Made by a program: the position numbers and the translations under genes. The notes beneath the pieces are model-generated. The model had not been told where the DNA came from. It saw nothing but the letters and a program-made list of their open reading frames with translations, and ran no database searches. DNA of 64,000 nucleotides from Eledone cirrhosa (taxonomy: Eukaryota): the NCBI GenBank assembly GCA_964016885.1, contig OZ024762.1, positions 16,616,001 to 16,680,000 of the forward strand, written 5' to 3'. This document shows positions 48,277-61,897 of the stretch, piece by piece (the first letter of the stretch is position 1; the number at the start of each line of letters is the position of its first letter).

Positions 48277-50219
48277 TCTATATTAAGTATATATATATAC
48301 ATTTATGTTTAGTGGTTCACCTGCATAGATCGTCTGCCAATTGCCAAGTCACCCATCTGTTTTTACACATGCCCTCCATACCACTCTATCGTCAGTATTT
48401 TGAGCTCTCCTCAACTATCCACCCCAGTGACTGTGTCCTATGCCAAATCACCAATCTGTTTTTACACATGCCCTCTATCCTCCATCAGTTTTCTGAGTAA
48501 TCCTAAACTATCTACTCCTTTATCTAGCTGTAAGCTATCAATGTACCTGCTTTTCCTTCTACTCCTGTTTGTTGTGTATCCATCTGATTGTTCCCACAGA
48601 ACATGATCACTTGCTGTCTCCATTCAGATATTCTCTGAATTAATCAATATTTGCTAACTCAGATCCAATAAGTTTTTCTTTATACTTTACTAATCTAAGC
48701 CTTGACCTTTCTATATAAGTGAACTGAAAAAAATGTAGCTGGATGTTAAAAGCATTTGTCTATGTCTGCAACAGGAGCAATTGTCCATTCCTCATATTGC
48801 TGTTGTTTAGCCCCATGTTAACACTGACTGTGCAAACCTAAAGCAAACATCCCATCTTTAGATCTATCCAGGAAATATATTGTCCAACATACCCTTCATT
48901 TTTAATGATGGCTGTGTGTGTGATTTGTAGATTTGACTGTGAGCTCTAGCAGGTCAAACAACTAAGTTATTGACTGGTAAACAGAAGGAGGCAATTTTTT
49001 TAAAATTTTTTGTTAACTTGTTCATACACTTCTGCCAGAAATTATAACCGACAGATAGTATCTTCAATGGAAAGACTAATGGCAACATTGTTTCCTTGGT
49101 CTGATCTGACAATCAGTTCATTTCTTATATCAGGAGTTGTGACTAACAGATAATATATTCAATGTAATGACTAATGGAAACATTGTTTTCTAGGTTTGAT
49201 CTGACAATCAACTCCTTTCTTTTGCTAGGAGTTGTGACTAACAGATAATATCAACAATGAAAAGACTAATGGAAACATTGTTTCCTTGGTCAGGTCTTTT
49301 TCTTTTTCATACCATGGATTGTTATTGGTTGTGCTAACTACTACAACAGGAGTCTGCAAACATTTTTGGAGGCAGGATAGATTGGAAATATTTTTGTTTT
49401 GCAAAGTGAATGGGATAGAGTGATTTGCAGTATTTGTTCTGATATTCTGTGCCTACTGAGTTCAACTATGTTTTACCCTTTCGAGGTTAATAGCACAAGT
49501 TCCAGTCCAGTATTGAATTATCACAATGAACCCTCTGGCAGAGTTCTTTTCTAGAAATCTGATGTGTATGGACGAGTTGCAAGACCAACGATGTTCTTGA
49601 AGATGACACTGGGTTAGATTCAGACAGCAATTCTGGACAGAGTAAGCTGGAGGAGAAAGTTTGTAATGGCACCAATAACAGATGTATCAAAGTAGAAGTA
49701 TTGAGGTCAATTCTTCCTCTATATCTCATTCTCAATTACGCCCCCCCCCCCTCTATCTTTCTCTGGGAGAAATCAGCTGTTCGGACCTGGAGATGAGATG
49801 GGCTCTGCCAGGTTTTAAATGCTCAAGACACATTGTATGTTTCTGGGACCCCACTACAACCCAATCACAAGTTATGGGTCTATACAGAAATGAGATGAGC
49901 TCTGCCAGGTTTTAAATGCTCAAGACACATTGTATGTTTATGGGACCCCTCTACACCCCCATCACAAGTTATGGGTCCATACATAAGTTATCTTGTCTTG
50001 GCAGGATATGAAATACAATAAAAACACAACTGGCTTATACAGATTTATATACAGGGTGTCCCCAAAAATGTATATATACTTCAACAGCATTCTAATAAAT
50101 ATTGCCTGTACAAGTAACCAAAGTGTGTATATATTTTTTGTTACATTATATATATATTAGTCTTTACTGTCTATTTTATTTATTTAATCAATATATCAAT
50201 AGGTCCCTCTTCTTCCTCA

Positions 50220-50870
50220 GATTCCCTTAACTCTGTCACCATCCAGTTCTACTGTAGGACCCTCTGTCACCATCCAATTCTACTGTAGGTCTCTCTTACA
50301 GATTCCCTTGACACCCTGTCACCACCCAGTTCTATTGTAGGTCCCTCTTACACAGATTCCCTTGACTCTTGTCACCAGCCAGTTCTATTGTAGGTCCCTC
50401 TTACACAGAATCCCTTGACACCCTGTCACCACCCAGTTCTATTGTAGGTCCCTCTTACACAGATTCCCTTGACTCTTGTCACCAGCCAGTTCTATTGTAG
50501 GTCCCTCTTACACAGAATCCCTTGACACCCTGTCACCACCCAGTTCTATTGTAGGTCCCTCTTACACAGATTCCCTTGACTCTTGTCACCAGCCAGTTCT
50601 ATTGTAGGTCCCTCTTACACAGAATCCCTTGACACCCTGTCACCACCCAGTTCTATTGTAGGTCCCTCTTACACAGATTCCCTTGACTCTTGTCACCAGC
50701 CAGTTCTATTGTAGGTCCCTCTTACACAGAATCCCTTGACACCCTGTCACCATCCAGTTCTATTGTAGGTCCCTCTAACACAAATTCCCTTGACTGTCAC
50801 CATCTAGTTCTATTGTAGGTCCCTCTTCTTCCACATATTCCCTTGACTATCTGTCCCCATCCAATACTAT
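50220..50870. repeat. 53/54-bp minisatellite with alternating dimer variants
   Basis: gtaggtccctcttacacaga(t/a)tcccttgac...cagttctatt. Confidence 0.92.
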
Positions 50871-50879
50871 TGTTCATCA

Positions 50880-51501
50880 TATTCGGCAGATCAGAGGAAT
50901 TGCAGTTTATGTCGTCACAAATCTGCTTGATATAGGTCTTGGCGTATCCTCTCTTAACTATTCCCTATGGCAATTAACAAGAGCCAGAGTCAAACATACG
51001 ATAAAGGGAGTCTGTTCCTCCCTGAGCTAGTATTTAGCCACGAGCAATTGTATGTCGCATTTTCAAGAGTTCGCAGACAGTCAGATGTAAAAATGAAAGT
51101 ATTGAACACTGATAAGCAAGGAAGGTGAGATAATAACAAAGAACATCGTAGGCAAACAGATATTAAGATAAATCTGATCCCAGTTGCAATAGAATTGAAA
51201 CTAATCATGCAAATAAAAAGATTGTGTATATTCTCTATATGGTTTTGTGTAAATTAATTGTATATAATATAAAGTAATTATGATAAAATATTGCGTAATA
51301 TGGAATATGTAATTGGTATCGTAGTTTCAATATAATTAAATACTAACGAATGCTATGTATATTAAGTATTGTATATTTTTGTATCATTTATTGAACAGGC
51401 AACAATAAGATTTATATGCATTTGAAATGAAAATTATCCTTTCTTTTTTAAATAGCTCCTCTTAATTTTTTCATCCGTGGAATTTCCACGGGTCCAGCTA
51501 G
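50880..51501 (+). mobile_element. Helitron remnant (helicase C-terminus plus 3' end)
   Basis: 50967-51128 translates [35 protein letters not shown] (PIF1-like motifs V/VI); hairpin ccgtgg-aattt-ccacgg then CTAG|T at 51498-51501. Confidence 0.8.
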
Positions 51502-53245
51502 TGTGTATATATATATACATACACACGCACACACATATGTATGTATATATATGTGTGTATGGATATATATATATATATACACACACGTGTGTACGTACGT
51601 AGGTACGTTACGTCAAGATTCTATTCTTAATTTTAAATGTGATGTCCATCAACTGGTTTAAAGAACATTGCGAGGTGTTTTTTTTTTTCAAAATAAATTA
51701 ATACAAACACTTTCACATTAAAAAATATTGTCAAATATTAAAAAGAATTTAATTGTTTGAAATGTATTTATTAGAACAGAGAATTAATATTACATGCAGC
51801 AGTAAATAGACGAGAAGTAAGCAGAAAATACTAAATGAAATATAAATATATAAAGAATATTAAATAATACTTTTAACTGTAATAAATATCAAAATCTTTT
51901 ATAATATAATACTTGAAAATAACCGAGTAATAAATAAGGAGGGAAATAAAAGAAAATATTTGTATGAAATAAAAATGTATGATCAATTGTGTTTACTCCG
52001 TCACTGCCATTAGTATGAAGGCTGCTGACGAGGCTCGGGAACGTGTATTATAAATGCAACCATTATAAGGAAATCAAACAGCAAACCTTCCAGTATATAT
52101 ATAAATTTATATATATATATATATAAATTTATCGAATTGAATATATATATATATATTTATATATAAAAATCTTCCCTTTGTTTATTATTTATATCTATCT
52201 TTTAGATAAATGATTTCATTAAACGAGATGTAAATCCGTATGTGGATATGACTAAAGGTTTATATAGAGATATAATATAGATATATATTTTTTTGGTTGT
52301 TAAATTGTTCAAGGTTTGACTTTAAAGTGGTCAAATTTTGAAGTTATTTCAAGTAATAAGATAACGTCTTCTTTATGCTGGTTCCGTGTCCGTATGGTGT
52401 GGAGGTTGCAGTGTTGCATGGCGGTCTAGGTGGGTGCCAGGATCTTTGGGTAAGTTTTTCCCAGTGTTCCATTCTCGACACTCTTCCTTGCTTAGTTCAC
52501 TTCTTCACATCTCAGCTACATGGCTGTCGCCCTCGCTTTATTATTATTATTATTTTATTGTCTTATCTCTCCTCCATAACCCTCCTCCAATAATATTTAT
52601 AACATTACATTATTACATCAGGCCATGTTACACACTAACACACACATATATATATATATATATATGTTATATATATATATATATGTTATATATATATATA
52701 TATAACATATATATGTATGTTATATATAACATATATATGTTATATATAATATATATATATATAATATTATGTGTACCCCGGGTTCAATCGGGGTTAACCA
52801 CAGTAAGGAAGGTACTCAATACATTAGTACGGTGTATATAACAAATTTAATATAGAAATGTCTTCTACAGGGCTAGAACTGTTTCATTCGAAGGAAATCA
52901 CCAGGAAAGTCCTAACTGATGATTTCCTCCGAATGAAACAGTTCTAGTCCTGTAGAAGCCATGTCTATATAAATATTGTATATATATATATCATCATCAT
53001 CATCGTTTAACGTCTATCTTCCACGCTAGCATGGGTTAGACGGGAATTGTACCACTTGAGGCAAGATTGGTCGGGTGACTATCTCGCTCGTATATAATAT
53101 ATATATATATATTATAAATTTCCTTCCACATGGCATAGGCATAGCCCCTGTCTGCTAATATTTTAATCAATTCCACACTGTCATCTTAACAGATTTGATC
53201 TCTGTCTTACTGAAAGCCTTCATATAAATACATATGTATACACCC

Positions 53246-53276
<31 letters not shown>

Positions 53277-55304
53277 TGTATAGATATAGATGTGTATAAC
53301 AAACAGGGTGTACATTAAAAGACCGTCTCTTTATAATACAGACACTCCGATTGATACCTTATAGATAACATTATAAGGAATACAATACGTGGAGTGCTTT
53401 ATGTTTGTTTACAACAAAATTCGATGGATTATCTGATAAACCAACTTTTCTAAATTGAATAACATATATGCATATATATAAGGTGTCCCCCGAAATGTGT
53501 ACACACTTTGATTACCAGTACAGGCAATATTTATTAGAATGTTGAAGTGTGTACACATTTTTTGGGGACACTGTGTGTGTGTGTATATATATATATATAT
53601 GTTATTCCGGGTTCAATCGGGGGTAGCCACAGTAAGTAAGGTACTTAATACATAGCAGAGTATAAATGTTTAATATAGAAAAGCTTCTACAGGACTAGAA
53701 CTGTTTCATTCGTGAGAAATCATCAGGAAGCTGCCTCCTGATGATTTCTCACGAATGAAACAGTTCTAGTACTGAAGAAGACATTTCTATATTAAATATA
53801 TATATATATATATATGCAAAACGTAAATGGAAACAACACTGCAATGGAGAAATACATATATATTTATATATAGTAATATACGCGAAAGGCAAAGCATAAA
53901 TGAATTGAGGAATCAAATGGTGTGTGCAGGAGAGGCGGTTGCGTTGGTATGGACATGTGATGCGTATGAAGGATGACAGCTGCATAAAAAGGTGCAGAGC
54001 ATTAGAAGTCGATGGAAACCGCATAGTGGGGAGACCCAAGAAGACCTGGGATGAGGTGATAAAAGCCGACCTTACCCAATTACACCTCTCAAAGGCGATG
54101 ACACACCACCGTGACCTCTGGCATCACGCAGTAATACAGAAGACCCGACCCCCCCCCCACGGGTACAAGCTGAAGCATATAGACAATATGCTCCCACACC
54201 CTCCCACTGCAAAAAAGCACCCAGTCCGCACTTTAAAGTGGACGTGTATGTAGGTGCCACGGAAATAAAGCACCCAGCACTCACTGTAAATGAGGTTGGT
54301 GTTAGGAAGGGCATCCAACTGTAGAAATCAAGCCAGAATCAGTTCCTGTATGAGCAAGACAAGGTCAGCCGACTGGACAGTGCCCACAACAGGACAACCC
54401 ATCTAACCTATGATAGCGTGGAAGAACAGATGTAAAACGATGATGATGATATTTCCTGTGTCTGCCCTAATAGTATATAACCCAGAGGAAGAAAAGAAAC
54501 GGTTTATATATATATATATATACAGGGTGTCCTCCAAAAATGTGTGCACACTTCAACAGCATTCTAATAAATATTGCCTGTACTGGTAATGAAAGTGTGT
54601 ATATATTTTGGGGGGAGACACCCTGTATGTGTATGTGTGTGTATATATATATATATATATATGTGTGTGTTCATCCAACAGGGATAATATATTTATGATA
54701 TTCCTGTCTAAATCTATACCAATATATGTACCAGTAATTCTAAACGGTATTTACTGAGCCACCACAAGGGGCCCAGTTTGGGAATATTTCAAGAAGCTTT
54801 TTATTTTCTAAATTTGCCCCCTTTCATCATTATCATCATCATTTTATGTCTGCTTTTCCCTGCTTGCAAGGGTGGGACAGGAACTGATTCTGGCTTGATT
54901 TCTACAGCTGGATGCCCTTCCTAACACCAACCTCATTTACAGTGAGTGCTGGGTGCTTTTTTTGCTGTGGCACCTCCACGACCACTTTGCCGTGGAATGA
55001 TAGGGACCCCAGTCCTATCATCTCATTTCTACAGCTGAGTAAACTGGACCAATGTGAAATAAAGTGTCTTGCTCAAGGAAACAACACATCACCCAGTCCG
55101 AGAATTGAACTCACAACCTTTTGATTGCAAGCCCAATGCTCTAACCACTAAGCCATGTGCCTCCTTTATAATTTTTAATTAATATATTTTACACGACAAA
55201 TGTTTTATTTTTATATTTGATGTGGTGGGGGACATCAACTGTCTGTGGTGTGGTGAGATGACAAGGTACTGAAGAAACACTGAAATATACTGATATATAT
55301 AGAT

Positions 55305-55697
55305 GGAGGCACATGGCTTAGTGGTTAGAGCATTGGGCTTGCAATTGAAAGGTTGTGAGTTCAATTCTCAGACCGGGTGATGTGTTGTTTCCTTGAGCAA
55401 GACACTTTATTTCATATTGCTCCAGTTTACTCAGCTGTAGAAATGAGATGATAAGGACCCCAGTCCTTATCATTCCACTGCAAAGTGGTCGTGGAGGTGA
55501 CACAGCAAAAAAGCACCCAGCACTCACTGTAAATGAGGTTGGCGTTAGAAAGGGTATCCAGCTGTAGAAATCAAGCCAGAATCAGTTCCCGTATGAGCAA
55601 GGCATGGTCAGCCGACCGGACACTGCCCACAACAGGACAACACATCTAACCCATGCTAGCGTGGAAGAACAGACGTAAGACGGTGATGATGATGATG
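55305..55697 (+). mobile_element. CORE-type tRNA-SINE with (GAT)n tail. Other copies at 54826-55164 (-), 59900-60305 (+); partial copies near 7470-7590, 19170-19300, 39320-39440, 41905-42015
   Basis: tRNA-like head ggcttagtggttagagc...gagttcaattc, CORE-like ccttgagcaagacactt, RTE-like tail. Confidence 0.8.
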
Positions 55698-56291
55698 ATA
55701 TACACACACACCCTTCTGGATGATAATGTTTAGCTTACTGATCTATTGAGTGCTTTGTGACTGCCTCAAACAACTCGATTAGTACCTGCTATATGGAAGC
55801 TACAACCCATTCCGGCTATATCAAGTGTTAACCTAATATATCCCTTCCATATACTGTACCGATTGTTTGTTATTTCTGTTTACCTTTTACATACATACAT
55901 ATATATATATATATATTAGTAATAATAATAAATGTGAAGAAGTGCCAAGAAATGTCAGTAGAAGGAAGACGTAGTAGAGGAAGACCACGAAAAACATGGG
56001 CGGAGGTGGTGATAGCAGACCTCAGATCACTGAAGTTCACGGTGGAGAGATGCTGTGTTGAATAGGACCCATCCCACCCTTGCAAGCAGGGAAAAGTGGA
56101 CGTAAAATGATGATGACTAAAATCCAAAGAGGCTCGATAAGGATAAATACATATCAAATATATAAGAACCCTAGAGCAAATATTTATTAAAATAACAGAT
56201 TAAAGTTTAAGCAAAGAATCGCTGCTTTCACCCTTAACGATGATCCCGTTAAGGGTGAAAGCAGCAATTCTTTGCTTAAACTTTAATCTGT

Positions 56292-56325
<34 letters not shown>

Positions 56326-57596
56326 GGTATATAAACTTAATGAAAATTTGACACCTCATTCATACTAATTATCAATACTACACTCTGCTTAGTACAACCC
56401 CAAAGTATAAACTGGAGACAACTATGAAGTGCTCAATTTAGTAAACCAACAGTAACGTGATGTAATAAAATGATGATTTATTCAGTTGTATAGAAAGAAA
56501 TATAATAATTGTTTACAATGCTTACAGAACAAAAGCACAAACAAATATAATATAACGGAAAGGGAAAAGAAAAGAAACAAGCAGGTAGCACACACATCTA
56601 GGACCAGATACAACAAAAGGCAGGCGAAAGGGGTGGACAACCGAGCCAGTACAAGAGTAAAAGATAACAGTATCGCAAGGAGCTCTGGGAAACCGCTCTA
56701 CTAATTTTGACGGCGAGGCTGATGCACTGGAACAACCAAGCTCCCTCACGAGCATCACCAGTTACCTCTGAGGCGAGCTGCCAGTGATGATAGGAATCTT
56801 GCAGTCAGTAGCCTGACTTCCCCAAAAGTCTTGAATGCCACAGACTGGAAAATGTAGTTGGCCGACAATCCATATATATATATATATATTATATTTAAAA
56901 TTATATGTCATGTTTGAGATAACCTCGAACATGCGCCTTATCACCTAAGAATAAGCTCAAAGAATAAATATATTTATTTATATATAAATTATATTCCTTT
57001 TAAAATTTTCAATAAAATCTAATAATGGCTTCTGTTTTAAGCAGAAAGCCAGCAATTTGAAGGGGCGGGGAAAGTCGATTAAATTGACTCAGTGCATTAC
57101 TGGTACTTTATTTTATATTATCGCAGGGATTATAATAAACCGTTTTAGCAGTACTTCTCTATATCACATCATTTTACTACACGTGTGATCATCATTTTCT
57201 TACAAAGTCTGAATTAAAAACGAATAGGCTATCTAGCCGGTAAACTCTAAAGGTACTAAACACACATTGCTATAGCGTTTCATCAGCCCCTTCCTTCTGT
57301 TATCTGTATCTGTTTATGTATTTATTTGTCTTAACTTGCGCTGCAACTCATAGTGTCTGACACTCTTACCGGCTACATAGCCTCTTCTAAATAAAATCTA
57401 CCTATCTCCTTCTTCCATTATTCTACAACTGATGGTAAAACTAACATGATCAATATTAATACCATCTCAATATGATCATGTTAGTTTTCTTAGGAAATCT
57501 TTCGTCTTAAGATCACAACTTCTGGTAATGTCTGTGGGTGAAGATGACGAATTGTAATCTATAAAGAAACATTTATCTGTAGTTATGTCGAGGCCT

Positions 57597-58323
57597 TTAA
57601 CCCTTTAGCATTCAAACAGGCCAGAATTCTCTCTCCTTTCTGTTCAAATCGGCTGTAACTTACCACTCATATTGATGTTAAGGTATTGTTCTCAAAATAA
57701 ATAATATCAAAATCTCATAAATTTGATATTATGTGAGATAAAACCATTACCATAAAAATACAATAGTAAATACAGAGTAATGTAAATGCTAAAAGGTTAA
57801 CCCATTAGCATTTAAACCAGCCATATCCGGCCAGAATTCTCTCACCTCTTTTTGTTCAAACTGGCCATAACTGGCTGCTCATACTTATGATAAGGTATTG
57901 TTCTCAAAACCTCGTAGATTCAATATTATGTGAGGTAATTATGTAAGATAAAGCCTTTACCATGAAAATACAATAGTATATATAGAGTAATGTAATTATG
58001 TAAGATAAAGCCTTTACCATGAAAATACAATAGTATATATAGAGTAATGTAAATAATATGTGAGGTAAAGTCTTTACCATAAAAATACAATAGTATATAT
58101 AGAGTAATGTATATAAGGGTTAACCCTTTAATGTTCAAACCGGCCAGAATTCTCTACCTCTTTCTCTTGAAACTGGCTGTAACTGGACACTAAACTGATG
58201 TTAAGGTATTGTTCTCAAAATAAATACTTTCAAAATCTCATAGATTCAATATTATGTGAGATAAAGTATTTACCATGAAAATATAATAGTATATATAGAG
58301 TAATGTGAATGCTAAAGGGTTAA
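57597..58323. mobile_element. Three head-to-tail piggyBac-type MITEs sharing TTAA sites
   Basis: TTAA at 57597, 57797, 58120 and 58320 separating units with the same TIRs. Confidence 0.8.
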
Positions 58324-58914
58324 ACAACATTTTCACTAAGCAACTCTTGGTTTGATGTGATTCTTCTGGCAAGTTCCATCATGTCTGTTAATCCTTGGAG
58401 GTTGAGAAACATGATGGAACCTGTAATAAATAATTATATTGTATAACACTAATGCCTTGTGTGTGTGAATTAATAGTGAAGTTTACATTGATTGTAATCT
58501 GTCTTAAAAGATAAGTTTTCCTGACAATATTTACATGCTTGCATTTTGTAATCAATTATTCCTCAAATTACAATTTTTTGTCTGTCTGTGAAATATATGC
58601 ATATACACCAGGTCTGAACACAAAAAACCAAACTCCCACTCTCCCCATCTCTCATATATACACCAGGTCCCAACACAAAACAACCAAACTCTCACTGTCT
58701 CTCCCGCTCTCCCCATCTCTCATATTATACACCAGGTCCCAACACAAAAGAACCAAACTGTCACTGCCTCCATCTCTCCTGCTTTCCCCATTTCTCTCAT
58801 ACACACCAGGTCCCAACACAAAACTTTCACTGTCACTGCTGCCATCTTTCCTCATCACTCACTATTATGAGCAAATGGGGGCCCATGTGTTGGCCGTTCC
58901 GGTGGAGTGGGTGC

Positions 58915-59442
58915 TTCTTTTGTGGCACCAGCACTACCACCATACTGAATAGAGGGTACTTCTTTTGTGGCACAAACACTACCACCATACTGAATAGAGG
59001 GTACTTCTTTTGTGGCACAAACACTACCACCTTACTGAATAGAGGGTACTTCTTTTGTGGCACAGACACTACCACCTTACTGAATAGAGGGTACTTCTTT
59101 TGTGGCACAAACACTACCACCTTACTGAATAGAGGGTACTTCTTTTGTGGCACAAACACTACCACCATACTGAATAGAGGGTACTTCTTTTGTGGCACAA
59201 ACACTACCACCTTACTGAATAGAGGGTACTTCTTTTGTGGCACAAACACTACCACCTTACTGAATAGAGGGTACTTATTTTGTGGCACAAACACTACCAC
59301 CATACTGAATAGAGGGTACTTCTTTTGTGGCACAAACACTACCACCTTACTGAATAGAGGGTACTTCTTTTGTGGCACAAACACTACCACCTTACTGAAT
59401 AGAGGGTACTTCTTTTGTGGCACAAACACTACCACCTTACTG
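58915..59442. repeat. 45-bp minisatellite
   Basis: gaatagagggtacttcttttgtggcacaaacactaccaccttact. Confidence 0.95.
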
Positions 59443-60605
59443 AGGGGATTGGGTGCTTTTTTTGACACCAGCACTACAGCCTTATAGTGCAGACTGGGTG
59501 CATTTTATCATGACATGTGCACTGGTGTGGCATTGGTTGGGAGTGGTAAGGCTTCATACCAGTGTGAGAAGAGAGAGAAAGTGTCAGGTTATAGAAGTGG
59601 CCAAGAGTGTGTGTGTGTGTGTGTGTGTGAAGGTAGATAAGGTTTTGTTTATGTATACCAGGAATGATTGCTTGAACAAGAAAACTGTTTACCAGAGTTT
59701 GACTTGGCAGTAGCCTTTGAATCATATTGCCTATGATTGAACAATATATATTAGTCAGCATATGCAGACAATTATAATAGGCAGAGAAACATATGTTATA
59801 GCAAATAAATTCCTAATCTCATTTCTCACCAATGTTTATATTTTTGTTGGTGCAATACTTGCTTATCATCATCATCATCGTTTTATATATATATGTGTGA
59901 AGGCGCATGGCTTAGTAGTTAGAGCATTGGGCCTGCAATCGAAAGGTTGTGAGTTCAATTCTCAGACCGGGTGATGTGTTGTTTCCTTGAGCAAGACACT
60001 TTATTTCACATTGCTCCAGATTACTCAGCTGTAGAAATGAGATGATAAGACTGGGGTCCCTATCATTCCACTGCAAGGTTGTACAGGTGTCACGGCAAAA
60101 AAAGCACCCAGCCCACACTGTAAAGTGGACGTGTAGGCGCCATGGAAAAAAAAGCACCCAGCACTCACTGTAAATGAGGTTGGTGTTAGGAAGGGCATCC
60201 AGCTGTAGAAATCAAGCCAGAATCAGTTCCCGTATGAGCAAGATAAGGTCAACCCGTCTAACCCATGCTAGCATGGAAGAACGGACGTAAAACGGTGGTG
60301 ATGATTTATATTTATATATATATATATAGTAATAATGATAAATGTGAAGATTAAAATCCAAAGAGGGCTCGATAAGGATAAATATATATCAAATAACAGA
60401 TTAAAGTTTAAGCAAAGAATCGCTGCTTTCGCCCTTAACGGGATCTTCTGAAACTAAAAAAATCAATCTGTAAATGCAGAAGTAAATATTTTAATAACCT
60501 TTGTGACATGTATGTGAAGTAGAAGTTTGTACCTACTCAACTAAGTTGTGTATTTACTATATTTCCAGTTGATAATTTTGTGAAAGGAATTTTGGATCTG
60601 AATTG

Positions 60606-61092
60606 ATGAAGATGGATGATGTGGACCATGTGTCTGATTCTGTTAACATAAAGAATGATTTACATACTCGAGAACTGGACCAGTCCCTTCAGGTGAACCC
60701 TCACACTTTTACTGCTGACGCTGCAGAACAGAAAGTTATAGGTCTTCTTCTTCATACTACTGAAGGAGACAGTGATGGAACAGTGAATCAAGCCCACCCT
60801 GTTACTGTTGTAACAGCAAATACTGACCACGCAGTACAAGCAGTTACACTAGCCGACGGCACAACGGCTTATTTACATCCTACAAAAGATGCCAAATTTT
60901 TCGATGGTACCACAGTAACGCTGGACGATGGCACAACCGCCATAATGCACACGGGTTTAACCGATAAAGCAGATATTGTTACGGAAACGGAGACTACAGC
61001 AACAACAACTACAACGACCACAAAATTTGCTGATGGTCAACCTGTACAGTTGGAAGATGGTAGCACTGCCTACCTTCATCACCATCACAAAG
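60606..61092 (+). CDS. ZNF143: ZNF143/ZNF76 (Staf) family zinc-finger transcription factor, first coding exon (N-terminal activation repeats)
   Basis: Acceptor ttccag at 60568, in-frame TAA at 60573, ATG 60606. Repeats QAVTLADGTTAYLH, TTVTLDDGTTAIMH and QPVQLEDGSTAYLH are typical of Staf/ZNF143. Donor G|gtagg. Confidence 0.88.
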
Positions 61093-61763
61093 GTAGGTTC
61101 AAACTCTTACATTCTGTTATTGGTTTCACTCATTAAACTGTGGCCATGCTGGGGTACTGCTTCGAAGGAAATAAGTCGATTAACTTTTAGAAGGTTTTTA
61201 GATAAATATTTTCATGCTTGCACACAAACTAGTAGCAATAATAATGATTGTTAATTTCATTAAAATGAAATATACTTATCCAAGTACTCTGGGCAATGTA
61301 GTTTCAGAATATATACATAAATAACATTACAAATGCTTAGATAACATTATAAATTGCTCACGATTCTTTCAGAAATATATATTCTTTTAATGTTGCAATA
61401 TTAAAGAAAATGTAAAGGGGTGAACAACTGAGCCAACACCAAAGCAAAAGACAGCAGCGAGGAGTACTGGGCAACCTCTCTAATGGTTTTTGAGGCAAGC
61501 CAGCACACTTGCAGCATTGCCTCGGGTGATGGCGAGGCTAATGCGCTGGAACAACCAAGCGCCCTTGCGAGATTCGGCAGTTACCTCTATTGAATATATA
61601 TGGTTAAGGTGCCTATCTCCAAAACCATAGGAGGAGTTTATGTACAAACAAACAGACAGGAACTACACCTTTATATATATAGATTAATATAATTCATTTA
61701 TGAATACAAACATGGTATTATTATGTATTGAGTATATATTTCCTCCTTGTTTGGTTTTTTCAG

Positions 61764-61897
61764 AGGGTCTTCAAGCAGTTCAGCTTGAAGATGGTACAAC
61801 AGCTTATATTGCACACTCTATACCTCAGGCATTGTTCAGTGACAGTGGCAGTCTAGATGATGGAGAAGGACTCAATTTAGACCATCTTAATTCACAC
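61764..61897 (+). CDS. ZNF143: ZNF143/ZNF76 second coding exon; gene continues beyond the window
   Basis: EGLQAVQLEDGTTAYIAHSIPQALFSDSGSLDDGEGLNLDHLNSH, tttcag/gtaagt, in phase with the previous exon. Confidence 0.88.

Noticed and set aside
49554-49740. Protein-like stretch (DVLEDDTGLDSDSNSGQSKLEEK) as an extra ZNF143 exon
   Set aside because: Frame is closed just upstream, no recognisable homology, and the exon at 60569 has an in-frame stop before its ATG; at most a UTR exon
55305-55380. tRNA genes at SINE heads (also 59900, 41905, 31716)
   Set aside because: They continue into CORE/tail sequence and lack proper acceptor stems, so they are SINEs
56324-56867. Solo LTR (TG...CA, partial match to 61430-61590)
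   Set aside because: No clear target duplication, PBS or PPT; only a shared segment of about 60 bp supports repeat status
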